Positions 12,801-24,559 of a stretch of DNA of 64,000 bases are shown here, in pieces. Source of the stretch: Takakia lepidozioides (lineage: Eukaryota; Plantae; Bryophyta). A program made the position numbers and the translations under genes. The stretch lies in the NCBI GenBank assembly GCA_030704615.1, contig CM060734.1:48422001-48486000 (forward strand). Reading direction: 5' to 3'. Under the pieces are notes generated by a model. That model worked only from the letters and a program-made list of their open reading frames with translations, was not told the origin of the DNA and made no database searches. Each line of letters starts with the position of its first letter. Within the stretch, counting starts at the first letter, position 1.

Positions 12801-15800
12801 CCCCTTTAAAGGACTTGTAAGTTCCTAAAAGCACAAGCTGAACTGATTGTACTTCCATAAGTAGATGCAGGGCTATGGTATGTATCCCAGGGCCTTATCC
12901 AGTCACTTTGCCAAGTTTTAGAGAGATCCTAAAAAATACCAGTCTGTAATCAGGTTATAATCTCCATGGGGGAGCCTGAAAGAATGTATGTGTTCTTAAA
13001 AAGGCTTACCCAATGCCTTACTTAAATACATTCTAAACTGGTGAGGCATAAACAACACTGTCTGACTCTCCAAAAGGCCAGAAAATAGGTCTGGAAAAAT
13101 GCATCCAATGTCACACTTGCACCACCAAACCCTTCTCATCACAACAGCCCGAACCTTCACAATAAGGTCTGATTTCTAGGAGGCCCAGCCCATTTACTTC
13201 CCTGACTTAACAGATTTGGTTACCAAGAACCAGAAATCAAAGTAAAGGTTTAAGGCATATCCCCCTTGAAGCAGCTTTGAAGCAGAAAATTGCAACAACG
13301 GCAGCTTGCAACATATATTATCCCTCCTGCAGTAACCAGATCATCTGCAAGCCAAAGAGTTCATGCCAAGTGAAATCCCTCACCTGCGCCCGTCCCAAAA
13401 ACAAACAAAAAAAATGTTTTGTGCGTTAGTGAGGATGCGCGAGGTGAATTACAAGATTTCACAGTTGCTATCCATGTCAGGTATGAGCCATAAAGCATGC
13501 AAAGATCACAGAACCAGCAGAAGAAAGCATAGATGTGACACCACAAAGAACCTCAATCTTTTGTGGAGTAGGACGCTGCAGTGTTCATCATCTGAATTTG
13601 AACGAGCACAACAGAATGCAACGGAGGAGAGTTGAGGACAAGTTGTATCTTGTAATACAGGCCGCTTCCCCACCTCCATAACCGCCGCTGCTTCATCAAT
13701 GAGGGAAAAACGTAGGCAGACACAACAGTATGTCATTTGCCATCGCGGGAGATGAAAGTGTCTGCCGTCATCGCGCGTTCAAAAAACAAGAACACACCTG
13801 TTCGGATCTTGCTGCTCGGGCATTCAGCCGCCATCGAGCATTCGTCCGCCATCGCCCTCTTCCAGAGAAAAAAACACGCACGATATCGTGCTGTGTCTAG
13901 GGCAGAGAGACACTTAAAGGAAAACCACCCGCGATTTCATCCACCATCCGGTATGGATGGTATCAGACCAGGATGAAAAATGGGCATTCAATAGGTTTAA
14001 ATCAAAGGAGCATAAACCTACAATGCATTGAAATGCATATCTGCCTATAAATCATCCAGTTATGGTTATAACAGAAATTTCATCCAATATGGATGAAACC
14101 TTAAAAATTGGGATTAAAAATATATAGTATTTCCAAAATAAGTATTATGGAAAAAAAAATTGATAATCCCAAACAAGTAGTTGGAGAGAGGGAGAGAGAG
14201 GGAGAGAGAGGGACAAAGAGAGGGAGTGAGAGGGAGAGATCAGGAAACAAAAAGAAAAAGAGGAAGGGGGGGGGGGGGAGTGACTGAGTAGCCCCCACCC
14301 CCCCCCCCCCCCACCTTTTTGTTTTTTCATTGTTGCCCCCTCTCTTCCTCTGTCTTCCCTCTCTCCCTCTCTCCCTCTCCCTCTATAACTCTTTGGATTT
14401 CATCTGGCCTTAACCTTTTGATGTTATTTAGTTTTTCGTCCCAACCTTTTTCATCCAAATCTGGATGATATTATTATAGGATGATGAAACTTAATGTACA
14501 GAAAGCTTGGTTTACCATCTATTTCTTTCATCTAAACTGGATGAACTACATGAATAATGGTTACCTATTTTAAAATCCAATAGATAATAAAACTACCATC
14601 ATAAATGATGGCAGTTATTAAACCTAAGCCTATACCATAATCCTAAAAGATACCTTTTTATTGGATGTCATCCATTGACAAAGTGCTTGTCTTGATAAAA
14701 TGTGATTTTTCATCCTGGATTTTCCTAAGCAGGCCGACACATTTCGCAGCACTGAACTCGTGCTTCAGTGAACCTTGATGATGCGCCATGTAAACCTGCT
14801 CCCCTGCTGCTACATGGTACTCGTGATGGCTGGCTCTTGGGATGCGCATTGGCGGTTAGGCAGATTCCTCTCTGGCAGCCGACAAAGCGATGATCGCTTT
14901 GCTCAGAAACTCATGGTTCTTTATTTTGCAACGGCGCTTTTACTCCTCGTTGGGAAGTATTCTATCCCTATTTATCTACAGATTACATGTTGCTCTCTTT
15001 TTGTATGAGCTATTCTCTATCTGTGAACGCTTCTACTTTGATTGCGTTCTATTGGAGACGATCTGTTGGACGCCATGGCGCAGGGCATACCACAAAAACT
15101 CAAGGTTTTTTAAGTTTACCCTTGCTTGAATTGTGATCTATACATGCTTTAGAATTCAACACTGACATGGATAGCAACTGTGACGACCTGCCACTCACCT
15201 GCTGCATCCTCACTAACACACATCGCTATGTGGTGGTTTTTGGGACGGGCACAAGTGAGGGTCTTCACTTGTCTTGATTTCTTGAAGCTTGTAGTTCCTA
15301 CTCTTGCAAATATGGGTGCTGTTGTTGCCTGCTGCTGAGCCTCTTGCTGCTTCAAAACTGCCAGCATATGGATGTTGACCTGCTTCAACCTGGCTCCAAT
15401 GAGGAGCTACTTCTGCTCCTTACCTTTATTTTGGTTTCTTGCAACCATATCTACATGGCAGGAGGTAGGGCAGACATGAGACTTTATGGAATACAAATCT
15501 ACCATTTCATTTACTGGTTCTTTTCCATGTCTCAATGCGGATATAAAGTAGCAGTTAGTACCTTGGCTGCACTGAAATTCGACTCTAGAATTAAACCTCT
15601 TGGCTTGTTCTTATGACGGATTGTTGTGCCTTAGTAGACAATACACATTCTGCTAGGCCTCTATTTCACTTTGATTTCATAAGCTGAACTGCAACAGGGT
15701 TTTGAATCCTTTCTACCCTGGCAGAGCTGTTTGTAAGGCCCTGGAATACCACTCCAGACTTGTAACTACTTAGAAAGACTTGGCCCTTGTTTTTTAATCC

Positions 15801-16440
15801 TATTTTTGAATCCTGCTTATGCCTTATGTCTTGTAAAACAGACATTGTGATTATCTATAGACTACCATGCATCACCTTGTTGGGCTCTTTTTAGACTACA
15901 AACTGTCTTCTAGAAAACCCCAAGTGATCTTTTGGGACAAAAACTGGTAAGCTCTATATGGTCTCTTAACCTACTCCATATACTGTTCTTGCTGCATCTC
16001 TACTAGCATGCAATTGATAGAAATACCAGATCCAGATTTACCAGTATGGGTGGGCTGGAATATGCTTAAGACATATATGTCTTGTTGTTTCAATTTCAAT
16101 TTAAAGTACTATGTGCTTGACTTTGGAGACTTATCTCCAGACCGGCGATCTAGTTATTGAAATGAGATTACAATCTGCATAGTATGGTGATGAATGTTTT
16201 ATGTCAACCCATGGTACTTTCAGGATATGAATGACCAGGAATCCCGCCCTCACCCTGTTTTTTCAGATACCCTGAAAAGCAACGAGATATTCAAATGAGA
16301 TGGTAAAAGGGGTTGTTAGATGGTGCCCTGTAAAGGGCTGCATTGTCTTTCAATGACAATGACCTTAGTGGTCTTGTCCATGTCTTGACATGACATGTAT
16401 ATCTTCCCTCTCCCTCTTTTTTTTTAACTTTTTCTGCAGA
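8860..16440. repeat. Three diverged ~2.2-kb units in alternating orientation, joined by hairpin junctions
   Basis: The block tcttgtccatgtcttgacatgacatg..atcttccc occurs at ~12058 (+), ~12175-12210 (inverted) and ~16372 (+). The poly-G GAGTGACTGAG poly-C junction occurs at ~8920-8970 and ~14267-14312. CATCC/GGATG-rich blocks lie at 9900-10510 and 13930-14720. Confidence 0.6.
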
Positions 16441-16579
16441 GGGGTCAATTGTCTTCAGGAGGCAGCAACATGGCTGGCCTCATTAGTGCAGTCCAGTGGG
16501 GTTGCCAATGAGGGAGAGCACGTGGTGTTCATGAAGGACCCGAACACCAAAGGTAAGAAGAAGAGGCCTCAATTGTCGT

Positions 16580-17658
16580 GGTCCCTTCGCTCTAGCACAC
16601 GTATCGCAAGATTTTATAAATTCTTTCGCGAGTTTCCACATCTGCGGCCACCAATAGTCCCTGGATATCAATTCCATTGTTTTGTTGAAGCTGAAATGTC
16701 CTGCAGCCGGAAGGAAGATCATGATGATGAAGAATTCGTAGTCGTGTAGGTCCTGGAAGTACGTAGAGAAGTCCCTTGAAATAAAGTAAGCCATCTTTGA
16801 ATTTGAAGTCGTTTGTAACATGTGGGTTGTCTCGAGGTCGATTTAGTTGACTACGGAGTGTCGTAGGAAATTGGTCGCTCTTCAGTCTTTCTTGAATCTC
16901 CTTTATGATCTCTGCATCGTCATAGGTGGACATGGATAACATATTCAATTGGAGATTTGCTGGTTTCAAGATGATGGATTTCTGTTGGTCAAAAGCTGCA
17001 TCCCCTTCTTTTGACGCAAGATACGATCATCGAGAAAGAGCATATAGTTTTCTTTGAAGATGTCCGGGACGGTAGGTAATAACAAAATTAAACCTTGCTA
17101 GTGACATACTCCATCTCGCTTGACGTCGATTCAACACACGAGCACTCATAAAATACTCGAGGTTTTTGTGATCGGTATGGACGGTGATCTGATGTTTAGC
17201 TCCCTCCAATAGATGACGTCACTCCTCAAAAGCATCGATAATTGCTAGAAGTTCATTGTCATGGATTTCATAATTGATCTCCGCAGCGGAAAATTTGCGA
17301 GAACGAAAACCAATAGGGTGGAGTTGGCCATCTATACCGTATTGAGAGAGTACCGCGCCAAGTGCAAAGTCTGATGCATCTGCTTCCAAAAAGAATGGTT
17401 TAGATAGGTCTGCATGTACCAGTATTGGAGCCGTTGTAAATGCCTGCTTCAGCCTTTCAAATGTTTGGTCAGCCTTCTCATCCCATACAAATTTGTCTTT
17501 CCTTGTGAGTCGTGTCAATGGTGCAGCAATTTTGGAGTAGTCCTTGATGAAGATTCTATAAAAATTTGTAAATCCCAGAAAATATTGTACATCTCGGACC
17601 GAAGTTGGTTTAATTCACTCGATGACGGTTTGTGTTTTCTTGTGATCCATAAAGACGC
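16580..17658 (-). mobile_element. Ty3/gypsy pol, 3' portion (end of RT, RNase H, integrase H2C2), truncated within integrase
   Basis: [83 protein letters not shown]. Confidence 0.95.
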
Positions 17659-18816
17659 ATTTGTCGGAAAGCCTTCGGGACACGCCATTGCTGCGAAGAG
17701 GCCAACATCTGGAAGGAGATGTTCATACCCGTCCAGTGAGACGAAGACTTGACGAGGCACCTGGCGGAGAAGAGGATTCATGGCGAGCTGACAAGAATAT
17801 TCGCACGCTCCCTCGTGGTCCGGTGATGTTGCCCGAGGAGGTCTCGTCGAGCACCGCAAGTCCTGCACGTTCAAGATCGTCATCTCCTTTGAGCACAGGG
17901 CGCGTGCCCCGGCAACATAACGAGCCATCTGTAGTAAAGCAGTACAACATTCCCATTGTGGAGACAAGAGTATCAGAGTCACAGTGGAGAATTGCGAGGA
18001 CATTGCCGACATTTCGAGGGAAGTGTTGCGCCATCCGGGTGGATACGAGAGCACGCTGTGGTGAGATGATTCGGAGGAACCCACACGGTGCTGTACCTGC
18101 ACCTTGTTTCAGCGCAGATTTTTGACTCCCACATTTGCTCACGCCACAACGCAGACATTTTGGTTCTGTAGGCACGATATAATGACCTGTGTATTTGGCA
18201 AGCCCAAGTACGGGATTCAGGGAATGCCGGAGCCTCCGGGCGTCTGGCCTGTTGCACCGGGTTGCAGCCTCTCTCAGAATGAGGCGGATGCTCTATCTGC
18301 AGCAGGATTTCGAATGGTGCAACGCATAGACATCCCGACCCACGCATTTCCGGTTCCTCAGACCCAGCCATTGCAGACTGCTCGGTCCAGTAGAGACGGA
18401 TTGGACAATTCTGCACATCCCACAATGCGATTCGGAAGAGTGAAGAGACGACACCCTCCCAACAAGTTGAATGAGACTCGGATTGCCAATGCTCTTGGGA
18501 TGACTTGCACTATTCAGAGCTCCGTGGACGTACCCCCACCCGGCCTTGGGCGTGTGTATCGGATGGCAACGGCCGGTCGGCTGTACGCGACGATGTATAC
18601 ACAATTACGATTGGAGTGGAGCCGACTTGCAATTGTACGGACTTCTCGTTGATGGAAGCAAAGAAGGGTTCCAAGTATTATCCGTGCAAGCATCTGTATT
18701 ACATTTACCTGAAGAGGTTTAGGATGAACGTGACTATTGATGACTTTATTCATGCACCGGCGTTGAGCGTGAACGAGCTGCACAAACTCCTCCTTAGGGA
18801 TTCCAGAAATCATTAA
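17659..18816 (+). pseudogene. MULE transposase C-terminal part with SWIM zinc finger (continues 21931-24455)
   Basis: YTITIGVEPTCNCTDF...YPCKHLYYI (SWIM, CxC..CxH) in ORF 18505-18816; frameshifted. Confidence 0.85.
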
Positions 18817-18964
18817 TGGGGCAAAGGGAATCCTCCATATGGATATTTTCAATTGCATTTTGTTGTATCAGACTTTTTTTTGCAGTGTAATGAAATGCAC
18901 CCCAAAACTCCTGGAATGAGGCAATATTCCATTCAAACTGAGATCCAACAGAAGCAGTTGTGGG

Positions 18965-19330
18965 GCCATTTCTGGAAAAATGGCGCCGAATTTCTCTTTT
19001 TTGGGCCGAAAACTGGCTAAGTCCCAACATGCACTAGTACCTGTGTCTGGGAAAATGGCGTCGAATTTCTCTTTTTTGGGCCAAAAACTGGCTAAGTCCC
19101 AACATGCACTGGTACAGTGTCTGGAAAAATGGCGCCGAATTTCCCTATTTTGCGCCAAAAACTGGCTAAGTCCAAACATGCACTGGAAAAATGACGCCAA
19201 ATTACCTGTCATGAGGGGACCTATAGCCGCGGAATTCGGCACCATTTTTCGCTAGAGAGACCTATTACCGTGAAATACGTCGCCGTTTTTTCAGGTTACG
19301 GACCCTATTACCGCGAAATTCGGCGTCATA
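18965..19330. repeat. ~75-bp tandem repeat (3-4 copies) with core AAAATGGCGCCGAATTT and GGCTAAGTCCC
   Basis: Units start near 18971, 19046, 19120 and 19183. Confidence 0.85.
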
Positions 19331-19584
19331 TTTGCACATGTCGCTGGGAATTGGCATGAGCGGAAGACGAAATATCATGAGCACAACTGTCAAAACTGCA
19401 ATTTTTCCTTCAAGGGGCCGAATAATATATTTGTTTTTCCTGACACATTGCATTAAATTATTGTTTTTTTTTATTGTTTTTTATTTTCAAAATTTGTACT
19501 TCTGCTCATGAAAACCGATTGTCTTACTACTCTGCTCATGCCGCTCATGCCGCTCATGCTCATGAAATAGCAAACCTCACAGTT

Positions 19585-19598
19585 TGGCGAGACTGAAG
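19585..19598 (+). promoter_or_regulatory. Primer-binding site of the gypsy element (self-priming type) TGGCGAGACTGAAG
   Basis: Follows LTR-end sequence CA-GTT. It is the exact reverse complement of the LTR sense sequence CTTCAGTCTCGCCA (33706->33693), which lies just downstream of a TATA box. Confidence 0.8.
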
Positions 19599-19619
19599 TT
19601 TGTTCCTTAGTTAGTTAAG

Positions 19620-20686
19620 ATGGAAGACACAATTGCGGAAATGGTCGTCACATTGCAGAGTCTTCAGCTCCAGATGCAGAACTTCGTACCTCTACCGCCC
19701 AATTACAAGCTGATCAGTCTCAAGATCTTGGCAATGCTCTCCACAATTTACAACAACAAATTTCAGAGTTAAAGGAGTCGAACAAAGGATCTTCAATCAT
19801 ACGAGTCTCTACTGCAACAACTCCTACTGCAACGGTTCCTCTTCAACAAATTACGAGAGAACCAAAGATCAGCATGCCCGAGAAATTTAATAGGACAGGA
19901 TCAAGATTTCGCGGTTTTGTTTAACAAATACGAGTGTTCCTATGACTACATCCACAACGCTACCCCGATGAAGGTATTCAAGTGGGATTCGTGGGCACCT
20001 TTCTATCAGGCACTGCTCTATCTTGGTTTGCACTGCTATTAGAAAAAAAATCGCATTTACTATACAATTTTGAAGCATTCATGTCCGAGTTCACTGTAAC
20101 GTTTGGAAAAAATGATAAGGAAAGAGTTGCAGAGACAAAGATGCGAAATCTTCGACAAGGAACACGTCCTACTTCCGTTTATGCTGCCGAATTTTGACAA
20201 CTTGCGTGCGACCTCGACTGGAATGAGAAGAGCCTCATTAGTCAGTTTCGATGTGGGCTAAAGGAGGATATAAAAGATTTGTTGCTGACAATGTCAAACG
20301 TGAGCACACTGAACGAATTCATCACCCAAGTCATTGCGTGCGATAATCGTTTGTTCGAAAGACGTCAAGAGAAGCAATCTGGATGGTCGACGACGCATCA
20401 TGCCGCTGTTACTACGGCACCAAACACAACGATCCATCAGACATCCGGTAGTGATCCTATGCAGATTGATGCTGTCCGATTCAAGCCATTGACGCCACAA
20501 GATAAACAAAGACAGTGCTCGAAAAGATTATGTCTCTATTGCAGAGAAGAAGATCACATAGCATTAAACTGCCCCAACAAGAAAATATTCAAAGCTCGGG
20601 GCGCAACTTAAGTGTTCGATACGAGGAAGTTGGAAAATGAAGATGTCCAGTCACAGTAGGGACCATGCGACTGGACACCACAAATT

Positions 20687-20721
<35 letters not shown>

Positions 20722-21930
20722 CTACCTCCAGACCCTGCACCTTGCTTCACAGTTCCGGTAAAAATCAGAGTGCAAAATCGAGATATCTCTGTAGAAGCAC
20801 TTTTGGACTCGGGGGCTTCAGCTTGTTTTATGGACAAAAACTTTGCGAAGCAATACAATTTAACGCTCGTAAAGAAGAAACTCTCGGCCCCCGTTGAAGT
20901 CATCGATGGACGACCGTTAGCATCAGGAAATGTTGACCATGAAACTCGACCACTTGAAGTGAAGCATGAAGATCAAGCATCACATATGTCTTCAATATCA
21001 TCCAGTCTCCAACGAATCATGTGATCCTTGGACTTCCCTGGTTCGTACTTCACAATCCTGACATCAACTGGCGATTGCGAAAAATTTCTACAAGACAAAA
21101 ATGTGGAAATATCAAAGGTATTCAACTCCTGTTTCTTGGAGCTAGAGCTTTCATGAGAGCTACCAAAAAAGATGCGACATTTGCACTTTATGCGACTCCG
21201 ATCAAGACCACAATAGACAAAGGTACTTTGACATTATCCACTCAATATCAAGATTTCAATGATGTCTTCGAGAAGAAAAATGCAGACATATTGCCAGAAC
21301 ATCGACCTTATGACTGTGCAATTGAGTTATAAGAAGGAGCCCAACCACCATTCGGCCCAATCTATAACTTATCCCAGACGGAGTTGGCTGCATTACGTGA
21401 GTACGTTGATGAAAATTTGTCGAAGAACTTCATCCGACATTCAAAATCACATGCGGGAGCGCCTATCTTGTTTGTGAAAAAAAAAGACGGATCATTACGC
21501 ATGTGTGTGGACTATCGCGGTCTCAACAAAGTCACAATTAAGAATCGTTATCCGTTGCCGCTGATTTCTGGGCTTCGGACGAGCGAAGATTTTCACCAAA
21601 ATTGACTTGAGAGAAGCTTATAACCTTGTACGGATAAAAGAAGGAGACGAATGGAAAACAGCTTTTCGAACAAGGTATTGACATTTTGAATACAGTGTTA
21701 TGCTTTTCGGTCTTACAAATGCTCCAACAATTTTCCAACATATGATGAATGACATCTTTCGAGAATTTTTAGATGACTTTGTAGTCATCTATTTGGATGA
21801 CATATTGATATTTTCATAGAATGAAGAAGAATATGGCCGCCATGTACGCCATGTACGCCTTGTCCTTGATTAATTAAGAGAAAGAAGACTATATGTATTT
21901 TCCATCAATCTGAAGTCAAATTTTTGGGCT
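19620..21930 (+). mobile_element. Ty3/gypsy (chromovirus Tcn1-like) gag, protease and RT N-terminal part, decayed, on the inverted segment
   Basis: EPKISMPEKF, DPMQID, CLYCREEDHIALNC knuckle, ALLDSGA protease, [30 protein letters not shown] (~21790), FHQSEV.FLG. Confidence 0.95.
20690..20718. repeat. (TA)n microsatellite
   Basis: Directly visible. Confidence 0.95.
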
Positions 21931-24455
21931 GGCCACCGCCCACTTCCGAGGATTCTTCAATCTAGAGGCAGTCCGCATCAGCATTTCCTGCCTGTCCGGC
22001 CCCAAGCCCCACTGTTTCCCTTTCAAGAACTCGTTGTACCCGCATTGCTGCATAATTGACCTCACAATGTCCTCCGTTGTGGCAGTGAGGATGTCCACCA
22101 GATGCGCTGCAGAGGAGGCACGCCAGGAAGAGTGCACTGATTCGGCCATGTTTGTCGTGGGCATGTCGGTGTCGGAGTCGAGACACATTTCCTGCACAAG
22201 CACATGTTCAGGTTACAAGCAAGTTACAAATATGGCCAAGAATAATATTCAACGGGACGCGAATTCGTGCAACTCACCTCCCGCATATAGTCGCCGAACT
22301 GGAGGAAACGATAATGCCACCATGCTAGCCAACTGACCATTGCTCCCTCTGATTTCCTTATAGCACCTGACGATGTCCACCAAGCCCGTATGCATGCAAA
22401 CTGTGTCTCTGCATCATCCAAGGTGGGAGCGCGCTTCCACGCAAGGCACATGGAACGGTGCTCCTCTTTGAAATCTGGCGCCACGAGCCTGGTTGTGTAC
22501 TGCGAAAGGCTCTGCAGAAAATGGAACCCACAAGATCTCTCCTTGCCTTCCATGGGAACATTGGGGTCTTGCCCGTACACCCTTCGGATGGCAGCCCAAT
22601 TTGCTTGTGCGTTGTCCGCCATGAAACCACGGAAATTGGGAGGGGGCAATCCCGCCTTGGCCATCTGTTCGTTTATTCCCTACCAAAGAAGCATCTCCGA
22701 TTGTGTGTCCTCTCCTTTCATCTCACAAATAGCAATTGTCATTAACATCCTGCAGTGGGTGTCGTAGACATGTGCACCCATTGTCACCCACTGGTGATTT
22801 GTAATTCGCTTGACATGGTCGAACATGACCCAACTGTTTGACAAGTTCCCACTCGTCATCCTGTCGACCAGTTCGACGCCGCTGCCAGGTCCACATGTGG
22901 ACATTTTGAATACGAAACAACGATCTGCCTCAGTCCCTTGTCCTGGAAACTACTTCCATGAATGTAGTCATATCCACATCGTCGCTTCACCTCCAGAATG
23001 GAGTGCATATCCGAGCCACGCCCAATCTGTTTGCATGAGACAATGTGGTTTCGGACATTCGGTGAACATACGTGGGACACCGACTCCAGCAATGCCTCCA
23101 TTTCCTTCTCGTCGAGAGGAACTCTATCGGAGCCGTCTTCCGACATAATTCTGGCCAATGCCATCTTATGGGCGGCTTGAGCTGTATCTGTTTGGGTTTG
23201 GCACCCGGTCTCAACTTAACCTCCTCCTGAACGAGCTGCTCTGCTTCGTGGGCAGCCTCCGCGAGTTCCCCCTCGCCAATTTTGTGACAATGGGAACCAA
23301 CATGTATGCAAGCTCGGGTGAGGTCAGGGAAACGGTGCAACACATAGAACTGCTTGGCATTACAAACAGACATGCAGTGTGGTGGTTCTTTGCAATGGGC
23401 ACACTTAAATGTGGAGTTCGAAATGGTTGATGAGCTGTGCCTGTCCAATCGGTCTCGTTCCTGTGACCTTTGGATTTAAAGTGGAAGCAAGTTGGGGAGA
23501 AACACCGCAACGCGCCCGCACAAACAACGTAGCGCACCCGCACACCATCGAGCATCTTCATGCTGGTGGTTTTGGTAACGCACCAAGGATGACCTTCATG
23601 TTTTCTATCCATATCTGTCAACATTCCAAACGCCCTCGAGTAGTCCGCCCGAGGAGGGAACTCAAAGAAGATATTACCATCGACGTCGGCGGGAAGGCAT
23701 GTAACCGATTTAATTGTGAACTTGCTGTAGTCCAGCCCGGCCAGCTCCGACCGGTGTCCCTCCAGGTGAAGCCCTTGCAGAATTTCAAGAATAGATCGAA
23801 CTGCGGTGCTCGTGCTGGGAATATGACTCCCTCCTCCACTGACGTCCATTGAGGACTTGCCTGATCTCCAGGACGACCTTGGAACTTCCATGACCTCGTC
23901 TGAGTCGGACAGGTTGTGAACAACCCGGTTCTCGCTCGTCTTCATGGATGGGTTCGGCTCTGGATTTACTTCGTTGCGGACTTCTCTCTTTGAGGTAGCC
24001 ACTCTCTGATTCACGGATTGTTTCGTGGAAGGCGCTAGGATAGAAGGTGCATTTGGCGGGCAAATGAAGTCCCCAACAGCCCTGTATATGACGCTGTCCG
24101 ATGGTGGAACTCGCCATTCCCTGCCATCGCCGAAATCATCGTGGAGCACAACAATACTCTCGACAACAAGGCCGTTAGAGTCCTTCCTTTCCTCCTCCAA
24201 AAAAACCGACCCCGGTTTCAGGTGGTATCGAATGCACAGATATTTCTCCATCACCCGGCAGATGTCCCCTCTGCACGGAAATGAAGCTCTATGTTCGTGA
24301 GGAGGGTAGTACACTATAACGCTCGGGTTTTCCGCCATGGGAGATGTGCACACAAGACTGCCAGGATGGCATGCGGGGAAGCTCCCTGGTAGAAGGGGAT
24401 GCAGCGATGGGAAGAATGCGATGCCGATTTGTCCGAGCGACGAAGCCTGATCCAA
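21931..24455 (-). pseudogene. MULE DDE transposase with WRKY/GCM-like Cys/His N-terminal region, frameshifted
   Basis: WCVTKT..CAGALRC..C, C..C..HVGSHCH, WVMFDHVKR (D), FMADNAQANW (D), CGFHFLQS (CxxH signature), TTNMAES (E). Confidence 0.88.
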
Positions 24456-24559
24456 TCCAGGGAGCCAACTATCTCAAAAATCCACAGTCAGAGTGTTAAT
24501 GAACCTTGTCTCCGGAATGCGGCCCTGGTCTTTGCGCAATAACTGCCAACGGTATGCAG

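Larger units (their letters stand above)
17659..19578 (+). mobile_element. Distal part of the MULE (displaced by inversion), ending in a TIR followed by the 9-bp TSD
   Basis: Ends ...gctcatgctcatgaaatagcaaacctc|ACAGTTTGG. The same TIR and TSD occur at 33370-33416. Confidence 0.9.
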
